Source: Actinomycetes bacterium
Lineage (GTDB): Bacteria; Actinomycetota; Thermoleophilia; Miltoncostaeales; Miltoncostaeaceae
Assembly (NCBI GenBank): GCA_024639225.1
Contig: JAHEIS010000001.1
Coordinates: forward strand, 1-58,937
Direction of reading: 5' to 3'
DNA: 58,937 bases
Shown here in pieces: positions 39,357-50,721 of the stretch; position 1 is the first letter of the stretch, and every line of letters begins with the position of its first letter. A program made the translations under genes and the position numbers. The notes beneath the pieces are model-generated. The model was given only the letters and a program-made list of their open reading frames with translations, had not been told where the DNA came from and ran no database searches.

Positions 39357-40034
39357 TCAGGCGGGGCGCGGCGGGTCGTTCTCCAGGCCGGAGATGCTCA
39401 GGCTCGCTTCGCCGCCGTAGCGCTTGTTGAGTTGGATGATCACAGCGGTCATCCCCTCGATGATGAGCGCGTTCGCCAGAGGCCCAGCGTCAAGGGCACG
39501 CGTGCCGGGGATGGTCGTCGTGAGCTCGATGACCTGCTCGCGGGCGGCCTTGCTCTTGCCGCAGACCAGGACGTCGGCGCCGAGGCTCTCCTGATTCTGG
39601 AGGCCCGCCGCCGGGAGGTTGTTGTAGGCGACGACGACCTTGGCCTCCGGAGCCAGGTCCTGGATCTGGTGGGCGCACGACGTGGCGGGGAGCTCGTCGC
39701 CCTGGATGGCGATCGCTCCGCTCTTGCCGAACTTCAGGGCGTTCGCGACCGAGATCACGACCTTGCCGGCGAGCGCACCAGCCATCGGCGGGATGGTGGC
39801 CTCGATGCCCTCCCAGGGAATCGAGACGATGGCGATCTCCGCAGCCTCCGCAGCGGCGACGTTCTCATGAGGGATGAACGTGCCGTCGGGGAGGGCCTCC
39901 TTGAGCCCTTCCGCGGCCTGATCGGCCCGCTCCTGGCTGCGGGAACCGACGATGATCTCGTGGCCGGCGGCGGCGAAGTTGATCGCCAGCCCCCGTCCCA
40001 GGTCGCCGGTGCCGCCGAAGATCGCGATTTTCAT
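39357..40034 (-). CDS. npdG: NADPH-dependent F420 reductase
   Basis: MKIAIFGGTGDLGRGLAINFAAAGHEIIVGSRS... is a Rossmann N-terminus; length and body match the Fno/NpdG family. Confidence 0.8.
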   Translation of the reverse strand: MKIAIFGGTGDLGRGLAINFAAAGHEIIVGSRSQERADQAAEGLKEALPDGTFIPHENVAAAEAAEIAIVSIPWEGIEATIPPMAGALAGKVVISVANALKFGKSGAIAIQGDELPATSCAHQIQDLAPEAKVVVAYNNLPAAGLQNQESLGADVLVCGKSKAAREQVIELTTTIPGTRALDAGPLANALIIEGMTAVIIQLNKRYGGEASLSISGLENDPPRPA

Positions 40035-40078
40035 GCGTGTGTGTCCCTTCAGTTGTTGGAGCTCTCAGCGCTGGACGC

Positions 40079-40948
40079 TCAGTCGCTCCCGGTCGTCACC
40101 CCGGCGCGCCGCTCGGCGGCCTCGAGGGTGTTTGCCAACAGGAAAGCAATCGTCATGGGTCCCACGCCCCCGGGGACCGGGGTGATCCAGCCGGCGATCT
40201 CGAGCGCCTCCTCGTAGGCGACGTCGCCGACGAGACCGTCGTCGGTGCGGTTGGTCCCGACGTCGATCACGGCGGCGCCCGGCTTGATCCAGTCGCCGCG
40301 CACCATCTCCGGACGCCCCACGGCGACGACGAGCACGTCGGCGGCGCGGCAGACCGCGTCCAGGTCGCGGGTGCGCGAATGGGCGATCGTCACGGTTGCG
40401 TTCTCCGCGAGCAGAAGCTGGCCCATCGGCTTGCCGACGATGAGGCTCCGGCCGACCACGACAGCGTTGGCCCCCTCCAGAGGAACCCCGGCCGTGGACA
40501 GGAGATGCATCACGCCGCTCGGCGTGCACGGCACTGAGCCCGGTTCGCCCCGCATGAGATGGCCGAGGTTCCCCGGACCGAATCCGTCGACGTCCTTCTC
40601 CGGCGCGATCCGCGCGGCGATCGCCGGCTCCGCAAGTGGCTCGGGGACCGGGAGCTGAACGAGCATGCCGTCTACCGCGTCATCGGCGTTGAGCTCGTCG
40701 ATCAGCGCGTCGAGCTCCGCCTGGGTCGTCCCCTCGGGCAGGATGACCCGCCGGGACACCATCCCGCAGCCCTCAGCCGCCTCCGCCTTCATGCGCTGAT
40801 AGACGTCCGACGCGGGATCGTCGCCCACCTGAATGCCGACCAGGCCCGGCGCCCGGCCCGCACGTTCGGTGAACAACGCCGTCCGGCGGGTCAGGTCTTC
40901 CCGGACGGCGGCGGCAATCGCCTTGCCATCGATGATCGTGGCGCTCAT
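40079..40948 (-). CDS. folD: bifunctional methylenetetrahydrofolate dehydrogenase/methenyl-THF cyclohydrolase FolD
   Basis: IIDGKAIAAAVRE...GLVGIQVGDDPASDVYQRMK...VQLPVP...CTPSGVMHLL...VVGRSLIVGKPM...PVPGGVGPMT. Confidence 0.9.
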   Translation of the reverse strand: MSATIIDGKAIAAAVREDLTRRTALFTERAGRAPGLVGIQVGDDPASDVYQRMKAEAAEGCGMVSRRVILPEGTTQAELDALIDELNADDAVDGMLVQLPVPEPLAEPAIAARIAPEKDVDGFGPGNLGHLMRGEPGSVPCTPSGVMHLLSTAGVPLEGANAVVVGRSLIVGKPMGQLLLAENATVTIAHSRTRDLDAVCRAADVLVVAVGRPEMVRGDWIKPGAAVIDVGTNRTDDGLVGDVAYEEALEIAGWITPVPGGVGPMTIAFLLANTLEAAERRAGVTTGSD

Positions 40949-43093
40949 CTACTCCCCAGTCTTTCGCATCGGCGCGGCGCCCGCCATCAGGCGACGCTCC
41001 GCCCCATCCTGCCGGAAACGCACGCGGACGAGGTCCCCGCCCTGCTCGACGGCCGTCACGATCCCGTCGCCGAAGGTCGCGTGCACGACGGCGTCGCCGG
41101 TCGTGAAGTCCGGCGCCGCGGTGACCGCGGGCGGCGCAGTGACGGCTCGCGGGGCACTCCGGCGGGGCCGCGGCGCATCGAGGCACTCGGCGGGAATCTC
41201 CCCCAGGAAACGCGACGGCAGCCGGAAATCGCGCCCGCCATGGAGGGCTCGGCTCTCCGCATGACTGAGCACGAGGCGCTCGCGCGCGCGCGTCAGACCG
41301 ACGTAACAGAGGCGGCGCTCCTCCTGGAGGGCCTCGATGGTCTCCGAGCGCGAATGCGGGAACAACCCCTCTTCGAGGCCGGTCAGCATGACCGCGGGGT
41401 ACTCCAGGCCCTTCGCGTTGTGGATGGTCATGAGGGTGACCTGCCCGACGCCGTCGCGAACCTTGTCCCCGTCGGACTCCAACGCCACGTCCTCGAGGAA
41501 ACCCGCGAGCGGCGACTCGGCGTCGGGGCGTTCGCCCGTCTCGAGCGAGACGCGGGCGACCTCCTGGAGGTTCTCCAGGCGACCCTCGGCCTCGATGCCC
41601 GTCTCTTTGGCGAGCGCCGTCGTCAGCCCGGAGACCTCGAGAGCGAGCTCGATGATCTGATCGAGGGGCGTTCCGTTCCGATTCGCCTCGGCGATCTCCG
41701 CCAGACCACGACCGGTCGCGGCCAGGCCGTCACGCTGACGGGTATTCAGTCCAACATGGTGCTCGGGCATCAGCAGAACATCCGCGATCGGGACACCGCT
41801 CTGCGCGGCGACGCCGCGGAGTCGCTCGAGGCAGGCCGGCCCGAGGCCCCGACGGGGTGCGCCGATCAGGCGGGCCAGGCTGAGCTCGTCCGCCGGGTTA
41901 ACGGCCGACCGCAACCAGGCCATGAGGTCGCGGATCTCCGCCCGCTCGTAGAACCGCGGGCCACCGATCACCTGGTACGGAAGGCCCCGGCGGACCAGTT
42001 GGTCCTCGATCACGCGGCTCTGCGCGTTGGTCCGATAGAAGACCGCGAGCCCGTCGAGCGAGTCGCCCTCCGACACCCGCCGCTCGGCCTCGGAGGCGAC
42101 GGCCCGGGCCTCCTCGTGCTCGTCGCGACAGGCCAGCACGGTGATCGGATCGCCGTCGCCGCGATCGGTCCAGAGGCGTTTGGGGTGACGGTCGTGGTTG
42201 TTCTCCACCACGGCATTGGCGGCCGCGAGGATGTTCCCGGTCGAGCGGTAGTTCTGCTCCAGCGCGATCGTCGCCGACTCAGGGTAGTCGCGCTCGAAGT
42301 CCAGGATGTTGCGCACGTCCGCCCCGCGCCATGAGTAGATGCCCTGATCGTCGTCGCCCACGACGAACACGTTGCGCTGGGGCTCTCCGAGAACCCGCAC
42401 GAGGCGGTACTGGGCATGGTTCGTGTCCTGGTACTCGTCGACCAGCACGTGCTGGAGCATCCCCTGGTATCCCGCGCGCACCTCGTCGTCGTTCTCCAGC
42501 AGGGTGACCGCGAGCATCAGCAGGTCGTCGAAGTCGACGGCCTCCGACGCGCGCAGCCGGTCGGCATAGCGCTGGTAGATCGCCGCGACGACCTCATCCT
42601 CGAAGGAGCCGGTCTCGGCCGCAACCTGCTCCGGCGACTGCAGCCGGTTCTTCGCGTCGGAGATCGCCGACAGAACGGCACGCGGAGGGTGCGCCTTGGG
42701 GTCGTAGCCGGCCTCGTTGAGGCAGGACCGCACCAGGCGGGTCTGGTCGTCCTGGTCGAGGATGGTGAAGTTTCGCGAGTACCCGACCCGCTCGGCGTGG
42801 GTGCGCAGGATCCGCGCGCACGTCGAGTGGAAGGTGCCGGCCCACACCGCCCGGGCGAGGCCGCCGAGCAGCTGCTCCAGGCGATCGCGCATCTCGCCGG
42901 CGGCCTTGTTGGTGAAGGTGATCGCGAGGATCGCCGACGGGGGCACCGAACGCTCGGAGATCAGATGAGCGACGCGGTGGGTCAGGACCCGCGTCTTGCC
43001 ACTCCCGGCGCCGGCCAGCACCAGCAGCGGACCGTCTCCGTGGACGACGGCCTCTCGCTGGGGAGGATTGAGGCCCGAGAGAAGATCCGTCAC
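40949..43093 (-). CDS. pcrA: ATP-dependent DNA helicase PcrA/UvrD
   Basis: LNPPQREAVVHGDGPLLVLAGAGSGKTRVLTHRVAHL (Walker A), VDEYQDTN, and a superfamily-1 helicase body with a C-terminal Tudor-like tail. Its stop abuts the folD start. Confidence 0.9.
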   Translation of the reverse strand: MTDLLSGLNPPQREAVVHGDGPLLVLAGAGSGKTRVLTHRVAHLISERSVPPSAILAITFTNKAAGEMRDRLEQLLGGLARAVWAGTFHSTCARILRTHAERVGYSRNFTILDQDDQTRLVRSCLNEAGYDPKAHPPRAVLSAISDAKNRLQSPEQVAAETGSFEDEVVAAIYQRYADRLRASEAVDFDDLLMLAVTLLENDDEVRAGYQGMLQHVLVDEYQDTNHAQYRLVRVLGEPQRNVFVVGDDDQGIYSWRGADVRNILDFERDYPESATIALEQNYRSTGNILAAANAVVENNHDRHPKRLWTDRGDGDPITVLACRDEHEEARAVASEAERRVSEGDSLDGLAVFYRTNAQSRVIEDQLVRRGLPYQVIGGPRFYERAEIRDLMAWLRSAVNPADELSLARLIGAPRRGLGPACLERLRGVAAQSGVPIADVLLMPEHHVGLNTRQRDGLAATGRGLAEIAEANRNGTPLDQIIELALEVSGLTTALAKETGIEAEGRLENLQEVARVSLETGERPDAESPLAGFLEDVALESDGDKVRDGVGQVTLMTIHNAKGLEYPAVMLTGLEEGLFPHSRSETIEALQEERRLCYVGLTRARERLVLSHAESRALHGGRDFRLPSRFLGEIPAECLDAPRPRRSAPRAVTAPPAVTAAPDFTTGDAVVHATFGDGIVTAVEQGGDLVRVRFRQDGAERRLMAGAAPMRKTGE

Positions 43094-43102
43094 CAGACGA
43101 CT

Positions 43103-43903
43103 CTACCGAGCGGAGTCAGACGCTCCGGCGGAGGGATCCACGTCGGCGAGGAGGTCCGCGAGCTCGTCCTGGGCACTCGCAAGGCAGTCCTCTCCCTCAT
43201 CGCGCCGCGGAGGCTCGCGGCCTTCGCGAACGGCCTGCAGTTCGCCCTCCAGGATGTCGATTCGGCGTACGAGGCAGGCCATCGCCTCGGCGACGGGATC
43301 CGGGAGGCGCGTGTGCTCGATGTCGGGTCCCGCGGCGCTCGCGACCCGCTCGCCGTCGACGATCACGGGGCGACCGGGATTCCCCACCACGGTCGAGTTC
43401 GGCGGCACGTCCTTGATCACGATCGCCCCGGCGCCGACCTTCGCGCCGTCCCCGATCTCGAGCGGGCCCAGCACGCGCGCGCCGGTACCCACGATGACGC
43501 CGGTGCCGATCGTGGGATGGCGCTTGCCCGTGTCCTTGCCGGTGCCACCGAGGGTGACCCCCTGGTAGAGGGTGACGTTGTCGCCGATCTCCGTCGTCTC
43601 GCCGATGACGACGCCCATCCCGTGGTCGATGAAGAATCCTGAACCGATTCGGGCGCCCGGATGGATCTCGATGCCCGTGAGAAGGCGCGCGACCTGGCTG
43701 ATCAGCCGAGCCGGAAGACGGCGATCACTCCGATAGAGGCGGTGGGCGACGCGGTGGGCCCACAGGGCGTGGAGCCCCGGGTAGCAGGTCAGGACCTCCG
43801 CGGTCGAGCGCGCCGCGGGGTCACGCTCGCGGGCTGCCGCGATGTCACCCGCCACGGTCTGGCGCGCTCGGCGGATGGTTCGTCGCAGTACGCCGGGTGC
43901 CAC
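43103..43903 (-). CDS. cysE: serine O-acetyltransferase CysE (with about 90-aa C-terminal extension)
   Basis: [30 protein letters not shown]...[41 protein letters not shown] carries the hexapeptide repeats. GTG start with TATACT 6 nt upstream, a leaderless-type arrangement. Confidence 0.85.
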   Translation of the reverse strand: MAPGVLRRTIRRARQTVAGDIAAARERDPAARSTAEVLTCYPGLHALWAHRVAHRLYRSDRRLPARLISQVARLLTGIEIHPGARIGSGFFIDHGMGVVIGETTEIGDNVTLYQGVTLGGTGKDTGKRHPTIGTGVIVGTGARVLGPLEIGDGAKVGAGAIVIKDVPPNSTVVGNPGRPVIVDGERVASAAGPDIEHTRLPDPVAEAMACLVRRIDILEGELQAVREGREPPRRDEGEDCLASAQDELADLLADVDPSAGASDSAR

Positions 43904-43908
43904 GCAAC

Positions 43909-43915
43909 TAGTATA
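43909..43915. promoter_or_regulatory. AT-rich island with overlapping divergent -10-like hexamers (TAGTAT on +, TATACT on -)
   Basis: caaCTAGTATAgg is the only AT-rich stretch in the 57-nt cysE/GNAT spacer. TATACT (minus strand, 43915..43910) lies 6 nt before the cysE GTG. TAGTAT (plus strand, 43909..43914) lies 46 nt before the GNAT GTG. Confidence 0.3.
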
Positions 43916-43960
43916 GGAGGGGCATCGAGAACTGACGCCGGGCGTCTTGAAGGGGTTACC

Positions 43961-44632
43961 GTGGCCAACATCTCCGTGACCGGCGCGTCTTGCCGCCTCG
44001 AACCCTCGCTCACTGCCGATGCCATCCGCCTGGGCTCACTGAGCGCCGTCAGCCCGCCGGCACTGGAGCGCCTCATCGCCGAGCTCCCCGAACCTCCGTG
44101 GGACGTTGAGCTTGCGCCGGACGACGACCTGCTCGGCGACCTGCTGGCGGCCGGCTTCGAGCAGTACGCCGAGGCCGACGTCCTCGCCCGGTCGCTGGAG
44201 GGCTCTCGGACGAACCCTCCGCCACCGGGCGTCAAGATCGGCCCCTACCGCAACGACTGGTCCGAGCCCTTTGCCGAGGCCGAGGAGCGGGCGATGGCCG
44301 AGAGCGCCTTCTACGCGGAGATGGCAGCGCCGACCGGCTATGAGCAGGCCGATCACCTGACCGGGTTCTTCGCCGCGACCGCGGGAACGGAGGTTCTCGG
44401 GTTCATCCAGGCGACTCTCCCGCAGGGGTGGATCAACTGGTTCGGGGTCGTGCCCGAGCACCGCCGCCGTGGCATCGGCCGGGCGCTCCTGTCCGAGGTC
44501 GTGTCCGCCGCCCGTGAAGCTCGTGGTACCCATCTCGCGGGCATCGTGGCGTCCGAGTCGGCCCGCGCGTTCTTCGCGGCGGAGCGCTTCGAGGTGCGCA
44601 ACCGGCGCCTGCTGCTGATCCGGCGGTCCTAG
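43961..44632 (+). CDS. GNAT family N-acetyltransferase
   Basis: From GTG 43961, preceded by AAGGGG. The C-terminal acetyl-CoA motif is [22 protein letters not shown]. The track start at 43661 over-extends across cysE. Confidence 0.65.
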   Translation: MANISVTGASCRLEPSLTADAIRLGSLSAVSPPALERLIAELPEPPWDVELAPDDDLLGDLLAAGFEQYAEADVLARSLEGSRTNPPPPGVKIGPYRNDWSEPFAEAEERAMAESAFYAEMAAPTGYEQADHLTGFFAATAGTEVLGFIQATLPQGWINWFGVVPEHRRRGIGRALLSEVVSAAREARGTHLAGIVASESARAFFAAERFEVRNRRLLLIRRS

Positions 44633-44651
44633 GCCCGCCGGAAGGGCCCGG

Positions 44652-45590
44652 CTACTCGGGGAGGCCGTCGCGGAAGAGCGGCGTGCTCAGGTAGCGCTCA
44701 CCGGTGTCACAGAGGATCGTCACGATCGTCGTGCCCGCGCTCTCTGGCCGTCGGGCCACCTGCTGCGCGGCCCAGACGTTCGCCCCCGCGGATATTCCCA
44801 GAAGGAGGCCTTCGGCCCGCGCCAGCGCCCGCGCCGTCTCGGACGCCGCGGCGAACGGTACGCGCACGACATCGTCGTAGACCTCGGTGTTGAGGACGCC
44901 CGGCACGAAGCCCGCACCGATGCCCTGGATGCCGTGTCCACCGGGCTCTCCGCCGGAGAGGACCGGTGAGTCCTCCGGTTCGACCGCGATGGCCCGGAAG
45001 CCGGGCTTGCGCTCACGCAGGACCTCGCCGATGCCGGTGATGCTCCCGCCGGTTCCCACCCCGGCCACGAGGATGTCCACGTCGCCGTCGGAGTCCTCCC
45101 AGATCTCGAGCGCGGTCGCGCGCCGGTGCGCCTCGGGATTGGCGGGGTTCTCGAACTGCTGCGGGATGAACGCGCCCGGCGTCGCCGCGGCGATCTCCTG
45201 GGCGCGCGCGATCGCCCCGCGCATGCCCTGGTCGCCGGGGGTCAGCACGACGTCGGCGCCGTATGCCGACACGAGGACGCGGCGCTCCTCGCTCATGGTC
45301 TCCGGCATGGTCAGGACGCAGCGGTAGCCCTTGGCGGCGCACACGAACGCCAAGGCGATCCCGGTGTTGCCGGAGGTCGGCTCGATGATGACGCTCTCGC
45401 CGGGCGTGATGCGCCCGTCCGATTCGGCGCTCTCGATCATGGCGAGCCCGATCCGGTCCTTGACGCTGCCTGCCGGGTTGGCGGCCTCGAGTTTTCCGAG
45501 CACCGTCGCCGGGAGATCCGGAGCGATCCGGGACAGCCGGACGAGCGGGGTTCGCCCGATGAGGTCGGTGACGGAATCGACGATCGGCAC
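44652..45590 (-). CDS. cysK: cysteine synthase A (O-acetylserine sulfhydrylase)
   Basis: IGRTPLVRL...[14 protein letters not shown]...[12 protein letters not shown]...[10 protein letters not shown] are PLP-lysine and loop motifs of CysK. Confidence 0.9.
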   Translation of the reverse strand: MPIVDSVTDLIGRTPLVRLSRIAPDLPATVLGKLEAANPAGSVKDRIGLAMIESAESDGRITPGESVIIEPTSGNTGIALAFVCAAKGYRCVLTMPETMSEERRVLVSAYGADVVLTPGDQGMRGAIARAQEIAAATPGAFIPQQFENPANPEAHRRATALEIWEDSDGDVDILVAGVGTGGSITGIGEVLRERKPGFRAIAVEPEDSPVLSGGEPGGHGIQGIGAGFVPGVLNTEVYDDVVRVPFAAASETARALARAEGLLLGISAGANVWAAQQVARRPESAGTTIVTILCDTGERYLSTPLFRDGLPE

Positions 45591-45642
45591 GATGCCAGCC
45601 TACAACCCGGTGTCCGGCTCAATCGCGGACGACGACCGGCCG

Positions 45643-45777
45643 ATGCAGGATCTGATGGATGATCCCCGACGCCGACCGGAGGGCCCGGACCCGCTCTCCG
45701 CTCGAGATCTCGCGGCGTTCGCGGCGCTGCTGCTGGCCGTCCTCGGCGTCATGGCCGCGCTCGCTCTGGCGATCTGA
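45643..45777 (+). CDS. possible 44-aa single-TM micro-protein
   Basis: ATG ORF MQDLMDDPRRRPEGPDPLSARDLAAFAALLLAVLGVMAALALAI with G/C-rich third positions. There is no clear RBS and no homology recognised. Confidence 0.2.
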   Translation: MQDLMDDPRRRPEGPDPLSARDLAAFAALLLAVLGVMAALALAI

Positions 45778-45851
45778 TCGGAGATCATTCCAACCTTCGG
45801 CCCGCCCTGCCGTTGTTGCCATGACGACGCAATCACCCGGGAGGAACAGCC

Positions 45852-46052
45852 GTGACGACCCCCACGAACACGACCCGCGACACGTTCGACGATCCCGTCG
45901 ATGAACTCGCGTACCGGGACATCGCCCGTGTTCTTGAGCGTGAGGCCCGCAGCCTGCGCCTGGGCGCCTACCTCAGCTCGGGTAATCCGCTCCGCACCGC
46001 GGACGCCCTGAACGAGGCTGCCTGCTACATGCGCGAACTCGCGGACATGTGA
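45852..46052 (+). CDS. small hypothetical protein (66 aa)
   Basis: GTG preceded by GGAGGAA at 5-nt spacing, with strongly G/C-biased third positions. I prefer it over the overlapping antisense ORF 45600..46067. Confidence 0.5.
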   Translation: MTTPTNTTRDTFDDPVDELAYRDIARVLEREARSLRLGAYLSSGNPLRTADALNEAACYMRELADM

Positions 46053-46081
46053 TTCCCGGCTGACCACGATGACCCGCGCCC

Positions 46082-46501
46082 TCAGATGTGGAACATCGGC
46101 ACGTCGGTGGCCCGCCGTTCCCGCTCGACGACGTCCGCGACGCTGACACTCGCCAGCGCATCCCGCGCGGCGATGGCCGCGCCGGCGAAGACATCCCCCG
46201 TGGCCGACTCGGGAAGCGCGCCCACCCCGATCTGACCGTCGACCGCGGCGACGATGTCCGCGGCCGTGATCTCCGCGGCCGGACGCTGCAGCGAGTAGCC
46301 GCCCTTGACGCCCCTCTGGCTCCGGAGGATCCCGGCGCGGCGGAGCCCGCCGAAGATCTGCTCGAGGACATGGAGCGCGATCCCGCGCGACTCGGCGACA
46401 TCGACGATCGGGACCGGCCCGGCGTCACCACGTCCGGCCAGCTCGGCGAGGGCCGTGAGGGCGATGCGCGACTTGTCGGTGACCGTGATCATGGCGAGCA
46501 C
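46082..46501 (-). CDS. Rrf2 family transcriptional regulator (CymR/IscR-like)
   Basis: SRIALTALAELAGRGDAGPVPIVDVAESRGIALHVLEQIFGGLRRAGILRSQRGVKGGYSL is the Rrf2 winged-HTH signature. No three-Cys cluster ligand motif is evident. Confidence 0.8.
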   Translation of the reverse strand: MLAMITVTDKSRIALTALAELAGRGDAGPVPIVDVAESRGIALHVLEQIFGGLRRAGILRSQRGVKGGYSLQRPAAEITAADIVAAVDGQIGVGALPESATGDVFAGAAIAARDALASVSVADVVERERRATDVPMFHI

Positions 46502-46544
46502 TCAGCGAGGTCGACCTCGGCGCCTGCCGCCGGCAAACTCTTCA

Positions 46545-46568
46545 GGGTAAAACCTGCTGGGTTTACCC
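46545..46568. promoter_or_regulatory. AT-rich near-palindrome upstream of the Rrf2 gene (candidate operator)
   Basis: GGGTAAAAcctgctGGGTTTACCC has arms GGGTAAA/TTTACCC. On the minus strand it sits immediately downstream of a TAATAT -10-like hexamer and about 45 nt upstream of the Rrf2 start. Confidence 0.35.
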
Positions 46569-46598
46569 GATATTAGACGATTGAAGCCCGGGAGGGTC

Positions 46599-47069
46599 TC
46601 AGAACTCGCCGACCAACGGGTTCTCGCGCCCGTCGCGGGTGATCACCGGCGCCGCGGCGCCGCGCTCCTCGGCGCGCCGCCGGGCGACGATGTCGAGCAT
46701 GTCGATCCAGCCGTCGAGGTCGGGCACCATGAACTGGTACGCGCATTCGTCGGTGTGGAGATACATGCGCTGGCGCTTTCCGCCAGGCGGGCTGTGATCA
46801 ACGTGGATCGGGTACCGCTCGATCTCGGTCACGTCCTCCAGGCGGAACTCGCGCGAGCGCGCCTGCAGCACCCGGTCCAGCAGCGTCGGGATGAACACCA
46901 GGCGATCGCTCGTGAGGGAGAGCTCGCCGTGCCGCCCGAGCCAACCGTTCTGGAGGTCGGCGCCGGTGGACTTGATGACCTTCTCGTCAACCCCGATCGC
47001 GGCGGGCTTCGGCGGCCGCCTGGGAAGCCGGCCCCGTCGTTTCCTGTACTGGCGATCGCGTTTGGTCAT
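46599..47069 (-). CDS. hypothetical protein with a GRAM/PH-like domain
   Basis: A basic N-terminus, then GWLGRHGELSLTSDRLVFIPTLLDRVLQARSREFRLEDVTEIE, the GRAM/bacterial-PH pattern. Confidence 0.55.
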   Translation of the reverse strand: MTKRDRQYRKRRGRLPRRPPKPAAIGVDEKVIKSTGADLQNGWLGRHGELSLTSDRLVFIPTLLDRVLQARSREFRLEDVTEIERYPIHVDHSPPGGKRQRMYLHTDECAYQFMVPDLDGWIDMLDIVARRRAEERGAAAPVITRDGRENPLVGEF

Positions 47070-47115
47070 GTGCCCTGCATTTGTCGGCGTGAGAGGGCGA
47101 CCAGTCTAGACCCGC

Positions 47116-47142
47116 GGGGCCCGGCGCGGAACGCCGGGCCCC
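47116..47142 (-). terminator. perfect 11-bp GC hairpin downstream of hppA
   Basis: ggggcccggcg-cggaa-cgccgggcccc lies 23 nt after the hppA stop. Confidence 0.5.
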
Positions 47143-47164
47143 GGAGGTCCTGCCGTCCCCGGGG

Positions 47165-49339
<2,175 letters not shown>

Positions 49340-49468
49340 CGTCCCGACACCCCTGACCAGGGCGCCTGCTCGATGCCGTCGCGGTGTCTATCACACGGCG
49401 CCGACGTCTGGCGCCCGTCAGAACAGCTCTGAGCGGAACCATCGTCGGCGCTCGGGGGCCCGCTGTCC

Positions 49469-50242
49469 CTACAGCCCGGCGCCCGCCAGGGCCGACGCGC
49501 AGGAGGGATCCGGTTCGTCAGGGATGCGCGGAATCACCCACTCCAGCAGCTCCCGCATCCGCGAGTTGTTCTCCGCGAAGACGCGCACCACGTCGCCGGC
49601 CGTCACCGGCGCGCCGCCGTGGACCCCGGCGTCGTAGTCGGTGACCAGAGCCACCGTGGCGTAACAGAGCTCGAGCTCTCGGGCGAGGTGGCCTTCGGGA
49701 TAGGCCGTCATGTTCACGACGTCGCCGCCCATCCGGCTGAACCACTCGCTCTCTGCGCGGGTTGAGAACCGCGGCCCCTGGATCACCACGAGCGTCCCGG
49801 CGTCGTGCGACGGCACGCCGATGGCGCCGCAACCCGAGACCAGGAGCCCGCGGAGCACCGGCGAGTAGGGCTCCGCGGTGCTCACATGCACCGCCTCGGG
49901 GCCGTCGTAGTAGGTGTCCTGGCGCCCGCTGGTCCGATCCACGTACTGGTCGCACACGACGAAGTCACCCGGCGTGATCTCCGGCCTCAGGCTCCCCGAG
50001 GAGCAGGGGCCGAGCACCCAGCGGACGCCCGCCTCCTTGAGCGCCCACAGGTTCGCGCGGTAGTTGATCGCGTGGGGCGGGAACTGGTGGTTCACACCGT
50101 GACGGGGCAGGAAAGCGACCTCCCGGCCCCCGAGTGACCCGACGCTGATCGGCGCCGACGGCTGGCCCCAGGGAGTTGAGATCTCCCGGCTCTCCGCCTC
50201 GGCGAAGAGCTCATAGAAACCTGAGCCGCCGATGATGCCGAT
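49469..50242 (-). CDS. mtnP: S-methyl-5'-thioadenosine phosphorylase (non-canonical start inferred)
   Basis: The track ORF starts at GTG 50095 (MNHQFPPHAINYRANLWALKEAGV...). The same frame upstream encodes EIGIIGGSGFYELFAEAE...VAFLPRHG, the conserved PNP/MTAP N-terminus. No ATG/GTG/TTG is available there. Confidence 0.8.
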   Translation of the reverse strand: MGIIGGSGFYELFAEAESREISTPWGQPSAPISVGSLGGREVAFLPRHGVNHQFPPHAINYRANLWALKEAGVRWVLGPCSSGSLRPEITPGDFVVCDQYVDRTSGRQDTYYDGPEAVHVSTAEPYSPVLRGLLVSGCGAIGVPSHDAGTLVVIQGPRFSTRAESEWFSRMGGDVVNMTAYPEGHLARELELCYATVALVTDYDAGVHGGAPVTAGDVVRVFAENNSRMRELLEWVIPRIPDEPDPSCASALAGAGL

Positions 50243-50259
50243 CTCGGGCGAGGCTCCTC

Positions 50260-50721
50260 CTAGCTCCGCGATCCGGGCGGGACCCAGAGCCGGTCCGCGG
50301 CGCCCGGGTTGGACGGGGGCTCCGGAGCGGGCGACTCCGGCGGCGGACCGCCGCCGCCCGGGCCCTCACCCCCCGGCTCGTCCGAACCCTCGTCCGAGTC
50401 GTCGGACACCGCGTCGGCGTAGAGCATCTGCAGTTGCGCGATCGGCTCCTTGAGCGGCGCGACCTCCTCCGCCCCGAGGAAGGCCTCGGCAACCATGGTC
50501 AGGGCACGGGAGCCCTCGATCGCCTGCCGGGCCTGCTCGAGGTCCTTGACCTCATCGCCCTGGGGCCCGACGCCGAGCCGGATGCCGGCGCAGTCGACCA
50601 GCGTCGCCGCCGACTGCATGATGATCCCTATCACGGGGGTCTTTCCGAGGCGCTCGGCCATCATCATGGCCATCTCCTCGGGGGTGGGCTGCTGCCCCTC
50701 GTCCTGCTGCCCTCCGGTCAT
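50260..50721 (-). CDS. DUF1844-like protein with an acidic/Pro-rich tail
   Basis: From ATG 50721: MTGGQQDEGQQPTPEEMAMMMAERLGKTPVIGIIMQSAATLVDCAGIRLG...DLEQARQAIEGSRALTMV...LQMLYADAV. ATGA overlap with the GCS2 stop. The family call is from memory of the pattern. Confidence 0.55.
   Translation of the reverse strand: MTGGQQDEGQQPTPEEMAMMMAERLGKTPVIGIIMQSAATLVDCAGIRLGVGPQGDEVKDLEQARQAIEGSRALTMVAEAFLGAEEVAPLKEPIAQLQMLYADAVSDDSDEGSDEPGGEGPGGGGPPPESPAPEPPSNPGAADRLWVPPGSRS

Noticed and set aside
45600-46067. A 155-aa minus-strand ORF between cysK and the Rrf2 gene.
   Set aside because: It overlaps the plus-strand 66-aa ORF (45852..46052). That ORF has a strong GGAGGAA RBS and much better third-position G/C bias. 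The minus-strand translation has no motifs.
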